Origin: the human T2T-CHM13v2.0 reference genome, Homo sapiens
Direction: 5' to 3' (one strand)
Assembly: GCF_009914755.1 (NCBI RefSeq)
Contig: NC_060946.1
DNA length: 64,000 nt
The first letter of the stretch is position 1. Every line of letters begins with the position of its first letter. Of the stretch, positions 32,917 through 58,377 are shown one piece after another. The position numbers were made by a program, and so were the translations under genes. Below the pieces are notes generated by a model, which was given only the letters and a program-made list of their open reading frames with translations, did not search any database and was not told the DNA's origin.

Positions 32917-33307
32917 TGACCTGAAAGCCAGTCGAGAATGGGCATCTCTACCCTTGTTAGGTCTGCTCCAGGAGAGAGAATCAGGGTTTTATCTGAAAAA
33001 GAAAGCCAGGCCATTGTGGCATCAAGCTAAACTTCACCTCCTTTCTCTCACTGCAGAGTGGGCGTACAACATGCTTGGTTTGCTGTGTGTGTGTTTAACA
33101 TGAGTGGATGTGTTTGATGTGTGCATGCATATCCCCACCCTGTGCAGCATGTGCTCAGTGTTGTTTGTCACAAGCATGGCAGCCCCCTGTGGGAAGAAGA
33201 AAGTGAGAAATCTGGAGGAGGATGGAGGCAGCAGCAGTCCGCAGGGGCTGGGGAGGGAGGTGGATCTGTGATGTGTTGGAAGCTCCTAGTGAGATCCGGG
33301 GGATTAG

Positions 33308-34146
<839 letters not shown>

Positions 34147-34295
34147 TAGATTTAAAGGTGTCAAGAGGAGATGAGTTATTTCTTTTCAGGGAAGGACAAG
34201 CCATGTTTAGCTGATAATACTGGTTAAGAACCTTAAGATGTAGTGGAAACATAGTGGGAAGGCCATGGGCATTGGATTCAGATTTGGGTCTATTT

Positions 34296-34981
34296 GGGCC
34301 ATAGACTGGGTGACTTATAAACAACAGGAATTTATTTCTCCCAGTTTTGGGGGCTGGGAAATCCAAAATCAAGGTACTGAAAGATTCAGTGTCTGGTGAA
34401 GGCCTACTTCCTGGTTCATAAATGGCTGTCTTCTTTCCTTCCTTCCCTCCTTCCTTCCTTCATTCCTTCCCTGCTTCCTTCCTTCCTTCCTTCGTCCCTT
34501 CCTTCCATCCATCCTTCTTTCTCCTTCATCTTCTTCTTTCTTCTTCTTCTTTTCTTCTTCTCCTCTTGTTCTTCTTCCTCTTTTCCTCCTCTTTCCCCTC
34601 CTTCTCCCCTCCCTCCTCCTCCTTCCTTCCTTCTCCTCCTTTCTTCCTTCTCCTCCTTTCTTCCTCCTCCTTCTCCCCTGCCCCCCACAGCCTTGACCTC
34701 CTAGGCTCAAGCAATCCCCCAACCTCAGACTCCTGAGTAGCTGGGGTTATAGGCATGTGCCAGCATGATGACTTGTCTTCTTACTGTGTCCTCACATGAC
34801 AGAAGGGGTGAGGGAGGGAGCTCCTCGCAGTTTCTTTCAAAAGGCCACTCATCCCATTCATGAAGATTCTACCCTCATGATTCAGTCATCTACCAAAGGC
34901 CTCACTTCCTAATACTATTACATTTGGGGGTTAAGATTTCAACATGAATTTTGGAGGAACACAAACATTCAGACCACAGCA
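34296..34981 (-). mobile_element. MLT1A-like MaLR LTR split by an Alu fragment and a pyrimidine tract
   Basis: Typical MLT1A motifs on both sides; direct repeat TGTCTTCTT at 34427 and 34774. Confidence 0.75.
34430..34688. repeat. Polypyrimidine/polypurine low-complexity tract, (CCTT)n/(CTT)n/(CCT)n
   Basis: About 260 nt, almost purely C/T on the + strand. Confidence 0.95.
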
Positions 34982-35274
34982 TCCTGCCACTTTCTGGCTG
35001 TGGGACCTTGGAGAAGTCACTCAGCCTCTCTGAGCCTCAATTTTGTAAGTGCAAAATAGGAATAACAATCCATGCTTCACATTTTGTTTAGTGGGATTAA
35101 ATGAAATAATGAATTCCTGGTACCAACCTATGTCTGGCACTTAGTATATCAGTTACGCCTGTTCTAAATGAAGAAAGAAATAGGAGTAAATCCCAACAAA
35201 ACACCTCACCCCTTAGGAAACAAAAAACTTTGAACCTGTTATTAAGGGCCATTGAAGCAGGGCAGGGTGTCTGA

Positions 35275-35496
<222 letters not shown>

Positions 35497-37262
35497 TAAG
35501 TAGGCTGGTGTTCTTCTTTCTTCTACTCTTTCATCCCTTTGGAAGAAGCTAGTAGGTCAGTCTGTCCCTAGGGTTTTCTTGCTAAAGGACCTCTCAGGGC
35601 TTTCTCTGCTTGTTCTCTGGGAATGTTTGGGAGACACCCTACCTCTGCAAAAAATCAGCATTATGAGGCCAGGGGGGTGCTCATGCCTGTAATCCCAGCA
35701 CTTTGGGTGTTTGAGGCCGGAGGATTGTTTGAAGCCAGGAGTTCAAGACCAGCCTGGGCAACATAGCAAGATCCTGCCTCTACAAACTGCCAGGCCTAGT
35801 GGCTCACGCCTATAATCCTAGCACTTTGGGAGGCTGAGGCAGCATGTCATTTGAGCTCAGGAGTTCAAGACCAGCCTTGGCAACATGGTGAAACCCTGTC
35901 TCTACAAAAAAAATACAAATAATTAGCTGTGCGTCGTGATGCAGACCTATATATAGTCCCAGCAACTTGGGAAGGCCGAGGCAGGAGGATTGCTTGAGCC
36001 CAGGACGTCAAGGCTGCAGTGAGCTATGATCTCACCACTGCACCCAGCCTGGGCAATGGAGTGAGACCTCGTCCCTAAAACAAACAAATCTGTATGACAG
36101 GCACAAGCTCTAGAGTCAGGAAGGCCTGGGTTTGAATCTCAGCTTAGTCACTAGCAATCATCTAGTCTCTGTGAGTCTTAGGTTCCTCATAGGTAAAGTA
36201 GTAGTACTTTCCTAAACTAGGGTTAAGATACGGAATACTTATCTAGTTGTTAAGATAAGGAATACTTATCTAGTTAGATAGAGAATGTCACACAGTGCTT
36301 GACACACAGTAGGCCTTCAACAGATCCTATTCATGCAGATTCCTTTTTTCCTGGCACAAGGTCAGCTCTCCAGCTCATCCTACAATTGACTCAGATCTGA
36401 TGATCCAGTTCACAGTTCTCCAGGCTTTTTTCTTACCCACACCCCAAACCTCCTCGGTTTCTCAACTCATGATGCTGCCATCACTTCACAGGCAGCACCT
36501 GCAGGAAGATTTGCTGAGGGAAGGTTGAAATGAATAGGAAAAATGACATGTCTTCAGTGTTTGTGGACCCCCCAGCTCCTGTAGCCACAGGTGAAGATGG
36601 GGCATCTTCCCTGCCTGGAGCCCAGTCCACCTCATGAGAACATCAGTGTCAGATTCAAAAAAAGGCCACTGGGGACACATTGCAGATGGCCTCAGCCTGG
36701 TGCCAGTCATCACCAGCCTGTCTGTGAGATCAAGGCTGACACTAAGCTAGGAGGGGGATCTGTGTGTGACAAACTCAGCCTTCAGAAGAGCCTCTGACAG
36801 GGAGTAACAGGCTGAAACCCACACATGAAATGTAATAGGACATTTACATATAATCCTTGAGCACTTCTATATGACAGCAGAGAGTAGAGGACTGTGGTTC
36901 GGGGTGGAGGTACTGGTGTGGGAGGGAGCTGAGACCTGCTTGTCTGGGTGAGCACCGAAGTCAGGGTGTGATGTGGCTGCCAAAAAGTGAATGGAGCTGT
37001 AGGTAGGTTTCATATTAGGATGGGGATAGGGAGATGGGAAGTGGGAGTTCCCAAGAGTAAAGGGATATGTTCTATAGATATCTACAGTGTAATGTTGCAC
37101 TGATGAGGCCTGGGAGAATGCAGAAGCACATCTAATCTTGCCTTGAGAGGTTAAGGAAGGCTTCAAGGGGGAGATGAACTTTGAGCTGAATTTTTTTCTT
37201 TTCTTTTTTTTTTTTTTTTTGAGACAGGGTCTCACTCTGTCACCCAGGTTGAAGTATAATAG

Positions 37263-37510
<248 letters not shown>

Positions 37511-37905
37511 TGAATCTTGATTGCTGACGGGGACAAGAGGAGTTAGCTAAATGAAGTGATGTGAGAGAGGGGATGTGGCAAGTGCAGGGAACTGCACTTC
37601 ATTCGACTGTTAAAGTTCCCTTGGGAAGGTGGTGACGATGTTCACAGGATGGATCCCTTTGAAATCCTAAAGTCTTTCTGTGATGTGCAGCTGTAGGCTG
37701 CTTGCCTGATGTTTGTCTAGATGGAGGGTGTGAATGTGCCTTAAGGTTTGTCACTGTGTTTCTTTCCATTGGTTGTAATATCAGGGATACTTAGTTTGTG
37801 CTTGCTCCCCAAGACTGACATCTGAAATAGCCAGTCGCAGGCTACCACCTATGACAAGTGTGAGTGTTTTGCGACAGGCCGACTGGGGACTTTCATCTCT
37901 TGCAG

Positions 37906-38016
37906 TAAGCAAGCTGTGTGGGAAGTGCAGCCCCACTGACGTGGACATCCTGCAGCCCTCCTTCAACTTCCTGTATTGGAGCCTTCATCAGACCACACCC
38001 AGCAGTCAGAAAAGAG
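37906..38016 (+). CDS. MEI1: MEI1 exon (~23): [37 protein letters not shown]
   Basis: ctcttgcag acceptor; GAG|gtgcag donor; 111 nt, phase 1 to 1. Confidence 0.92.
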
Positions 38017-38272
38017 GTGCAGGGGCCCGGGCTGGGACAGTGAAGAGTGCTGGGCAGTCTGTGGTCCTCTGTATCTCAACTTTTTCATCTTAAAAAAACA
38101 AATAGGGTTGTGTGTGTGGCTGGTGGTCATAAGGTCCTTTCTGGCTCTAATAACCTGAGCTTCTGTTATGAAGCTGGGACCCTTAGAGCCTCAGGATGAT
38201 CCTCTGTTTGTTTGTGAAGCCCCAATCAGGTGCTAAGCACCATAGTGGCACTTAGCTGAAGCTCCTCTGTAA

Positions 38273-38476
<204 letters not shown>

Positions 38477-39839
38477 TAACTCCTGTGGCTTTGAGGCATG
38501 GGGTGGCACTCAAAGGAGTGTTGAAGATCCTGAGTTCTGGTCCCAGCTCTGGGGGCTTATTAGCTGTGTGACCTTGGCAAGGTATTTACCCTTTCTGAGC
38601 TCAGTTTCCTTTCCTACAAAATGGGGAAAACATCTCAGGATTGTTGTGAGGTTGTTTCATATTAATCCACTTAACACATAAGGTTTACCTACACTCCAGG
38701 CTCTATTCTTGGCACAGAGGAATAAAAAATGAATATAGCATGTGTCCTACCCTTAGGGAACTTGTAGTCTTTAAGGATAAGATTGTACTCAGCAAAGATA
38801 GTGGGAGAAGGCATTCCAAGTAGAGAGAACAATATGAGCAAAGGCATGAAGCTGCACAAATTCAGGACATGCTCTGTATATTTGGGGAGTGGTGAGGTGC
38901 TCTGTGTGATGAGAAGGTGGGGAATGAATGGAGCAGAAAAGACCAGACGGGGAGGCAGAAGCCAGCCTGCGACCTTAAAGTGCAGCATGGCAAGCCGTGG
39001 AATGCCACACATGGTTAACTGTCATTATTACTGTTCGAGAAGGTGATGCAGGGAAGAGGAGAGCAGTGGACTTATCCACAGAGCACCTCCTTCCCCTCAG
39101 CCCCTCCCTCTTGTAGGGCCTTGTCATCACAGTGCCCTGCGTGAGCTCCTCTGTGGGCTACTTCTCATGGAAACCATCTGCTAGCCTCTGTGGTATCCTC
39201 ACACTGCGCCCAATACTGTGCCAATCTAGTGATGGGCACACAGAAGTGACATGAGTTTTAAACTTTGGCCTCTAGAGGGGCAACAAGCTGTGGCAAATCT
39301 ATGCTCTGGCAAATCCTGCAGGTTGTTGCCTGTGGTTGGTTTAGGACAGAAACCTTTCCTAATTTTCCGTGTGAGGCTGCTGGGCTCATCCAGCTGTCTG
39401 CAGTCACCTGCCTAGGAGAAAACTTGCATTTTGTCCTTGGCTCTGCCCTGGCCCTCAGCTCACACCTAGGCAATTACCTGCTCCTAGCTACCTCCAGTGC
39501 CCTAACTCAGGCCTGATCATTCGTCCTCCCCACTAATGTGACCTAGTTACAGTCTCCTGGCCACCCGCCTCTTCCCTCCTCTGCATGTCCTATCATTGCA
39601 GCCACAGTCTGTCCTCACACCCCTTCTGCCCAAGCTCCTTCAGCAGCCTTTTTGTCCTCCTCTAGGCCTGGCCCTCTGCAGCCTTACTTTCTGCCATTCC
39701 CACCCACCTTCCCTGTCCTCTGGCCAGGCATTTGTGCTTCTCCCAGTCAGCTATGCTCCTTCACATTGCCATACCTTTTTTTTGTCTGTTTTGTTTATTA
39801 TTAATAGACTTCATTTTTAGGACAGTTTTAGATTTATAG

Positions 39840-40226
<387 letters not shown>

Positions 40227-40428
40227 TAGATGAAGAAAGTCAGGCATGCTGAGAGAGGTGCAGTAACTTGCCCAAGGCCATACAGCTGACAGGTAGCAAA
40301 GCCAGGATTTTATTTTATTTTTTAAAGAAATGGAATCTGTCGTCCAGGCTGGAGTGCAGTGGCAGTATCCCAGCTCACTGCAGCCTTGGCCTCCCAGCTC
40401 AAGTGATTATCTCACCTCAGCCTCCTGA

Positions 40429-40599
<171 letters not shown>

Positions 40600-40882
40600 T
40601 GACTTGAGAGCCAGGATTTTGATTTGGCCTGTCTGACTCCAGATCTTCTGAGTTAGGTGTATAGTGAACAGAGCCAGAGACTGAACCACAGATGAGGCCA
40701 GAGAAGGCTGTCTGATGGAGGAGGCCAGTGAGGATGGGGGAGATTTGGAAGAAAAAGAGTTCTCCAGGTTCGGACTTGATTCTCCGCATGCTCCTGAAGC
40801 CAGGGCTGGTGCAGCTTGGAGGACTCTGTGTGGCCTCCTCCGTCCCCTTTTGATGCAGTGGATATGTGGGGGGAGGTGATAG

Positions 40883-41110
<228 letters not shown>

Positions 41111-41135
41111 TGACCAGCCAATGGTCACTCCATAA

Positions 41136-42968
<1,833 letters not shown>

Positions 42969-44507
42969 GGGTGAGACTTTTAAAGCTACAGTGACAGAAA
43001 CAAAACTCAATTTGGCTTATAACTGAGAAGTCCTGGGGTCAATACTGGCTTCAGGCACAGCTGGATCCCAGAAGCTCAGAGAAGGTCATCAGACTCTTTC
43101 CATCTATTGGCTTTGCATTCCTCACTGTCAGCTTTATTTTTATGAGATAGTAGGATGACCAGCAGTAGCTCCTAGCTTATATCCTCTAGGGAAAAAAGAT
43201 TTCTCTTTCCTCATAGTTCCCAGAATTGAGTCTCATTAGGCTGGCTTGGGTAATATGCCAGTCACCATGGCTGGGGCATGGGATGCCCTGATTGGCCTGG
43301 CTTGGGTCAGTGCCCTCTCCTGGAGGCCAGAGCATGTGGTCAACTCTCCATAGCCCAGGTGGACTGGTCCTAAGAGAGGGATGGTTCCCCATGGGAAAAC
43401 TGCTACCAGAAGAAGGAGGGGATCCAGAGCAAGCAAAAGCATGTCTACCTCCAAGGGGTTTGTGTTTTATGGCTTAGGAGACACTTGTAGATCAGTGTTT
43501 ATGTAGCCATCATATCCCGAGCCCTGACCCAATGTCATGGCCTATGAAGGATACTGGGGGCCCCAGGAAGATGTCCCAGGAGTGGGCCCTATGCTGAGTT
43601 AGCGGTTGTTGAGTCTTGTCCTGTGGCACATCCTTGCACAAGGCTCTGTGCTCTTTAGGGATCAAACATCTATCCTATTATAGCACTTAGCTCTCTGTTT
43701 CAAGTTTCCATTTTCATATCACTATTCCCCCAACCAGGCTGTGATATACTCAAGGGCAGAGTCTGGGTCTGGTTAATCTTTGTGTGTCCTTCCCCTTGTG
43801 GGTTTAAAGCTAATTTAGAATGCAGGAATCAGATGAGAACCAAAACATAAGCTTTATTGCTGGTAAACATCATAGTAGAATATTGGCTGGGACTCTGGAA
43901 CAGAATGGGCTTTTTTTTTCCTGCAGTTTTTCAAACATACAGCAATGAGAGAGTTTTACAGTGAACATTCATACACCCAACACCTAGATTCTACTAATAA
44001 CATTTTATTATACTTGCTTAATCATACCTGTCCAAAATGAGCTTTTTAAAACACCCTACTTCTTGCCAGACCAGGGGTCCACAGGTGGGAAAAACTGTGT
44101 TTGCATTATGGACACTTAGCCAGCTGGCCAGGATCTTAAGAGTTTAAGTTCATGGGAGCATAATCTTTAATACCTTAATCCTGCCCTGATGGCACAGTAG
44201 ATCTTAAGCTAGTATCTTGCCTGCTAGATAAAACCTTCCTTGGGTGAGGAGGGCCAGTTAGGGAAATGCTTTCTCCCTAATGTTTCTAAAAGCGCTGATG
44301 TTCCTGTTTTAAGATTCAGAACAGGAGGTGTGGGGGGAATGATTTCCCAATACCCAGCACAGAGCTTGGCACAAAGTTGGCATCTGGGAATGTTTGTTGA
44401 ATGGATGAAAACCACAGAAATTAACATTACATGATCCCAGCCATTTAGGCACTCACAGATTATAGGAAACACAAATAACTACATCTAATACCAAAATGAC
44501 CTATTAG

Positions 44508-44950
44508 CAGTTGAGCATTCCTAATACAAAAGTCCAAAATCCGAAATGCCCAATGAGCATCTGCTTTGAGCATCATGTTGGTGCTCAAAAGTTTTGGATA
44601 TGGGGATATTTCAGATTTCAAATTTTTAATTACAGATACTCAACCAGTATTTGTTTTTTTGTTTGTTTTTGAGATGGAGTCTCGCTCTGTCACCCAGGCT
44701 GGAGTGCAGTGGTGCAATCCCAGCTCACTGCAACCTCTGCCTCCTGAGTTAAGTGATTCTCCTGCCTCAGCCTCCCAAGTACCTGGGACTACAGGTACGC
44801 ACCACAATGCCTGGCTAATTTTGTATTTTTAGTAGACATGAGGTTTCACCATGTTGGCCAGGCTGGTCTCGAACTCGTGACCTCAAGTGATCCACCTGCC
44901 TCGGCATCCCAAAGTGCTGGGATTACAGGCGTGCCCAGCCTCAACCTGTA
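44508..44950. mobile_element. Tigger4/MER46A-type element with an Alu (44650-44940) inserted at its end
   Basis: CAGTTGAGCATTCCTAAT... and ...GATACTCAACC(T)GTA inverted repeats. Confidence 0.72.
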
Positions 44951-45062
44951 TTGGAAGGCTGCACAGGAGAGGTAGCATTTGAACTGGGCCTTGAGTGATG
45001 AAAAAGCCTTCTTCAAACCAATAGCCTAAACACTAGGGTGGGGTGCCAGTGAGGTTTGTGGG

Positions 45063-50226
<5,164 letters not shown>

Positions 50227-50322
50227 AAAGCACTCTCCTGAATGTAGGTAAATCACACAGTATAAGCACTGTGCTCTGTATGAGGGTGAGAGATGAAGCC
50301 AATAAACATTTCTTGATTATCT

Positions 50323-50566
<244 letters not shown>

Positions 50567-50994
50567 TGAGAGAGATTAGAGGGAGCAACACCCTTCCACC
50601 CTCCTGCTCCAGCCTTCCATTCCCTTGTGTGACTCATACTTGTTTTGTTTAATTCTTTTAGCAGCACTGCAAGGGCAGTCATGCCCATTATACAGATGGG
50701 ATCAATAAGGTTCAGATAGGTCAAATGATGTGCCCAACCAAGGTCACAATGCTCTTAAGTGGCAGAGCCCTTCTTACTGCCTGCCTTCCACAATCATGGC
50801 GTATATAGTTTCACCGAGCCAGTCAACATAAGTGGATTAGAAGCCCAGGGAAGAAAGAACCCTCCTTGGGTCAGCTTGTTCAGTGCCCTGTCTCTAACTG
50901 GGTAGCCCCTTTTTAAGCCAATAGGAGAAGGTCCTCTTGAGCAATGTCCCAAGGCAAGGTCTTGGAAGCATTAACAACCCAGTGTTTCTTGAAG

Positions 50995-51101
50995 CTCTCC
51001 ACGTGGCCTCCCAGCCTTGGAATCGGTTTTTGCTGTTTACCCTCTTGGATGCTGGAGAGAATTCCTTCCTCAGACCTGAGATTTTGAGGCTCATGACCCT
51101 G
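50995..51101 (+). CDS. MEI1: MEI1 exon (~28): [36 protein letters not shown]
   Basis: tttcttgaag acceptor; CTG|gtaagt donor; 107 nt. Confidence 0.93.
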
Positions 51102-51956
51102 GTAAGTGCAGAAAGGATATCTTGTGGTCTGAGGAGTGTCATGAGCTGGGTGGTGCTGAAGAGGCCAGGGTCTCCTTACTTTAGGTAACCCTAATCCTTA
51201 AAGAAGGTGGAAGGGCTCGGCAGGCCTTCACCCTACAAGAGACTTGCTGAAAGAATTCCTCTGAATGCCCATATCTCCTCACTCCAGGGGACTCCGACAC
51301 CCTTTCCCCTATTTCTCTCATGACATGTTGACCAGGGCCTGTCTACCACATGCCAGGTCTGCTAGATACTAAGGATATCAATGAACCAGATACTCTGCCT
51401 TTAGGGTCCCTCAGTCTAAAGAGGACGACAGACAAGTAAACTAGTAATGTAAATATGATGCTACAAGTGGTAGAGTAGAGGAGATGCTAACTGTGGGGCA
51501 CACAGTAAGTGCCCCTTGAATAAATAACAAAGCAGCAGGCCTAAGAATGACAGCGAAGTGGATCATCAACAAGTACATCAGTGGTTGGTGTAGGAACAAA
51601 GAGGAAAGAGTAATTGCTTCTCAGCAGTGAAGGTAACATTTTAGCTGTGGCTTGAGAGATTAATAGGCAGAGAGGAGGAAAGGTATTCCAGGTAGTGAAG
51701 TACAAACAACAGGTACAAGAGCACATGGTGGTATGTCAGGGGAGCCACACGTAGTTCATTTTGGCCATGAGTGTTCAGTGCAAGGTTGGGTAGGAGGGAG
51801 CCAAGGCCAAAGGGGTCAGGAGGGCCAGCTCTCTCAGGATCTCACAGGTTGCCTTACTTACCCCACTTCCCCATGACACAGTCCCACCTCTGCCCACTAA
51901 CTCTGAGCTCCTTGAAGGCAGGCAGGTTCTGTGGGCTTCAGGACAGTGTCTCCTAA

Positions 51957-52706
<750 letters not shown>

Positions 52707-52764
52707 TAAGCAGGGGTCAATTAACAGTGTTGACAACAACAATGCCGTGTCCTGTTAATATTAA

Positions 52765-53147
<383 letters not shown>

Positions 53148-53172
53148 TAGGAGTGTTAAGGTACTTGTAGTA

Positions 53173-54426
<1,254 letters not shown>

Positions 54427-54729
54427 TACCTACCTCCTAGGGTTGTAGCAAGGACTTAAATGAGTTAATATATGTAAAGCACCAAAAACAGCTCCTGGCT
54501 TGGTGTGAATGTTATATTGGTGTCTGTTATTATTCCTACTCCCTTTCCAAATAACGAAACTGAGGCCAGAGACATTCAGTCGTGCCCAGAATCACAGAGC
54601 TAGTGATACAATCAGGATTTGACCTCAGATTTGCCTGTCTCCAAAGCTACATCACCGAACTCAGAAAGGAGCTAGTCCTTCCCCCATGAGCTTTGGAGAC
54701 AGTTGTCCAAGCGCAGTTGGTTCAAGTGA

Positions 54730-55500
<771 letters not shown>

Positions 55501-55859
55501 CAAGCTTGGGGCTGTGGCAGTGGTCAGAGACCCTCTGGTAGGTGGCTGGTTGCACCCAGAGACACTGCAGTCCAGAGATACTGCAGTCCAGAGGTGTGTG
55601 TGAGGGTAGTTTGCTTCCTCTGCACCCCTCTGGCTGCCTCCCTGGCTCTCTTCCTTGCCCCTTCCGTGCAATAGTTCCCTGTTGAATAGCAACTACCTAG
55701 CCCAGGTGTTCAGGACCCAATTTCAGAATCCATCCCACTATTCTCAGGAGCACTTCTGTTCTTGCCTGACCATTCTTGACTGTTTTGGGCTCTGGAAGTG
55801 TGATGCCCCCATGGTTGGCCCCACTTCTCTGCTGTTTTCCTCTCATGTTTTGCTGCCAG

Positions 55860-55905
55860 CTGCCTGGGAGGGGTGGCTGTATCCCTGTCCCACATCAGAA
55901 ACTGA
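55860..55905 (+). CDS. MEI1: MEI1 terminal coding exon (~31): CLGGVAVSLSHIRN*
   Basis: tgctgccag acceptor; phase-2 join; TGA at 55903-55905; matches recalled MEI1 C-terminus. Confidence 0.88.
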
Positions 55906-56040
55906 TCCTCAGGACTTGAAGGCCCAGAAGTGGAGAGAGAATGAGACCTGGAGACAAAGGGCATAATTGTTGGGGAAATGGATGACAGCTGAAGCTATTC
56001 ATATGGAGCCATATACTCTATTGTTGAAATAGAATAAGGA

Positions 56041-56046
56041 AATAAA
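56041..56046 (+). terminator. MEI1: MEI1 polyadenylation signal AATAAA
   Basis: Canonical hexamer about 135 nt after the stop, with CA dinucleotides shortly downstream as possible cleavage sites. Confidence 0.8.
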
Positions 56047-56559
56047 ATGATACACTCACATACCTGCGCGAGCTCTCCAAAAACACTGTACTACCTTGTC
56101 TACCAGGAGCTGGTTTCTCAGCCAGTTGGATAAGGGATTGTTTCAGCAAGGAGACTGATGGCCTCCTCAGGGAAGGAGGGACGGGACAGGATTTGTTCTT
56201 GTAACAGCATTCAAGGAGTCAGCTGGGTGCCTCAGCTGTACTCAGAGAACACCAGTCAGGCCATCCTGGGGCTGGCAGGGCAGAGAAAGGCCTAGGGGTT
56301 GGGGCTGCTGCGATTCAACAGCTCCCAGAGGCACTTGACCTGCTCCCTCGCCTCACGTGGAGGTGGATAGAGGTAAACTTTCCAGGCAAGGAGGGTCAAA
56401 TTCTCAGCTTTCCTATCAGAACGAAACTGTCCCAGCCTCAGCCCTTGTCTGGCTAAAGTAGGTCACCTCTGTCCCTTCCCGTACAGCCGTCATCAGAACT
56501 GGTGTTTATGCACCCTCGTGGGTAGATCCTGGGAATGCATGTCCAGCTTGGTCCCCGGC

Positions 56560-57665
56560 ATGAGGTCTGCGCTCGACAGTGCCTGCCCTGCGCCTGTTCT
56601 GGGGAGCTCAGCCCAGACCGGGCCTCCAGCTCCCTTCCCGCCCGGCAGGGGCCCCGGGCCCGGAGATGGCCACGCCACGCTGCCTTCTCGGGTCTGACTG
56701 TCCTGATCCTGCGCAAAAGTGGGGCTGCACTCGGCCTAACGAACGGACGAGGAAGCCCCCGCCGCACTTGGCTTATTAGTTGGTGGACCGGAGGGGCAAG
56801 GAGGGGATGCCCGAATCCTGCACTGAGTCTCTGAGGTCCTTAAAGAAGAACAAAAGTGCTAGTCACCGCCCACTAAACTCACGTTGCGATCTAAAGTTTA
56901 AAAACTCGGCCACAGACGACGACACAGTTTCAGGGAGGGCGCGCAGAAGGTCGCCCGGCCGACAGGAGCTGGGACCCCAGTTTGCTGATTCACGCCTTAA
57001 ATTGGGCACAGACCCCACCCACAGATTTAACTTCCTCCAACACAAGCTAAATCCAGGGCCACGTACCCGGGGCCCGCAGGAGGGACAGGACGAGGATGGT
57101 GCCCACAGCGCGCTGGAGGCACGCCAGAGCCTGGAGGGGCAGGCAGGGGCGGTGGAGCGGGGCCGGAAGTGAGGCTAGCGGAGCCCCGCAGTGGCGGCTC
57201 GCGCTCATTGGCCGGGAGCAGCGCGGTGGGCGGGACGGAGCTCGGCGGTCTGCGCTCGGTTGCTAGCCGTTTGCTCCCGCTTTCAGTTGCTTTGCTGTTA
57301 GCCTGTTGGACCTTCGAGCCTAGCTGCTCGCACAGGACTCGGCCACCTGCCCTTCCTGCACCGACTGGCCAGGTAGGTGGCTGTAGGGGCCGCGGGCTGC
57401 AGGTTCCCGGGAAGGATAATGAGAGAACCGAGGGCCTCGAACCGGCTGCAGGTGGTGGGGAGGGAGTTTCGTGGACCTGGACGCCTCTGTTCCTTGAGAA
57501 GGCTCGCTCCCTGCTCCGGGAGCTCCGAAGGCTCGGGGTCAACCACCTGGGCCCCCGACCCCGGTAGCTGGCTCAAGGCCCGCCACTACCTGGTACCTCT
57601 GCAGGAGTTCAGAGCCTCATGCTGAGCCAGGAGGAGCTCCGGGTGACGCATACGGCAGGATCGGG
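56560..57665. promoter_or_regulatory. CpG island / TATA-less promoter: GC box GGGGCGG 57146-57152, ETS/GABP motif CCGGAAGTG 57163-57171, inverted CCAAT (ATTGG) 57207-57211
   Basis: Abrupt rise in GC and CpG content; motifs read directly from the sequence. Confidence 0.88.
57235..57372 (+). other. CCDC134: Non-coding first exon of the downstream gene, probably CCDC134 (start approximate)
   Basis: Strong donor CAG|gtaggt at 57373 just downstream of the promoter motifs; identity from recalled gene order MEI1-CCDC134-SREBF2 only. Confidence 0.65.
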
Positions 57666-58377
57666 ATTGAGAGGCTGAAAAAGTGAGTTTAACAGTAGAG
57701 AAAGCAGGACCTGTCCCGCAGGCTGCTGTTCTGGCTTTTCTTTCCCACTACCTGCTTCAGTCATTGCCAGCTGTCTGGTATTCTCCTTGGCCCCTAAAGT
57801 TTTGCCCTAGCCTGGTTCTGGTTCCCTTGAGTTTGGAGCAGGAGGTGGAATGTGGAGGGTCCTGGGTGAACTTGGACTATTCCTTCTCTAGGTTTCACTT
57901 ATCTCGTCTGCTTGGGGGTAGGGGGTTCTCCGGATGATCTCTGCAGCCCCTCACTGTCTGTAACTGAGCATCTCTCCCCTGGGGCAGGTGTCCTGGTAGT
58001 TCAGTAGCCAGCTCTGATCTCAGGTAGCCTGTGCTCATTTACAAAGAGTCAGAAGACAGAGCACTGGACTTAGAGCCAAACAGACACTTGGTTCAGCCTG
58101 GGAATAGCTGTGTGACTTTGGGCAGTCACCTCATTTTTCTGTGCCTTGATTTCACATTGGTAACATTGGGGAGTTGTAATCTGAGTGTGAGACCTCTCCT
58201 GACCACTTTATGTAATCTTGTACCTGACCGACACCCTCTCATCCCTCTGTGCTTATTTTACAAGTTTATTGATCAACTCTTATCCCTACTAGAGACAAGT
58301 ACCATGAGTGCAGAGATTTTTGCTTATTTATTGCTGTATTCCCGCCTCTAGAACAGTGCCTAGAGTGTGGTAGGTAC

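Noticed and set aside
34369-34756. Arg/Glu/Lys-rich and Pro/Ser/Phe-rich ORFs on both strands
   Set aside because: Artefact of a stop-free polypurine/polypyrimidine tract
36224-36275. 26-bp tandem repeat (TAAGATA.GGAATACTTATCTAGTT x2); similar small duplications at 20624-20654 and 55560-55592
   Set aside because: Ordinary two-copy slippage duplications; not an array or CRISPR-like structure
57190-57229. Possible ER-stress element around ATTGG
   Set aside because: Spacing and sequence fit neither CCAAT-N9-CCACG nor ERSE-II
56453-57625. Several overlapping 80-171 aa ORFs
   Set aside because: Expected in a GC-rich CpG island; mostly non-ATG starts and no recognisable protein
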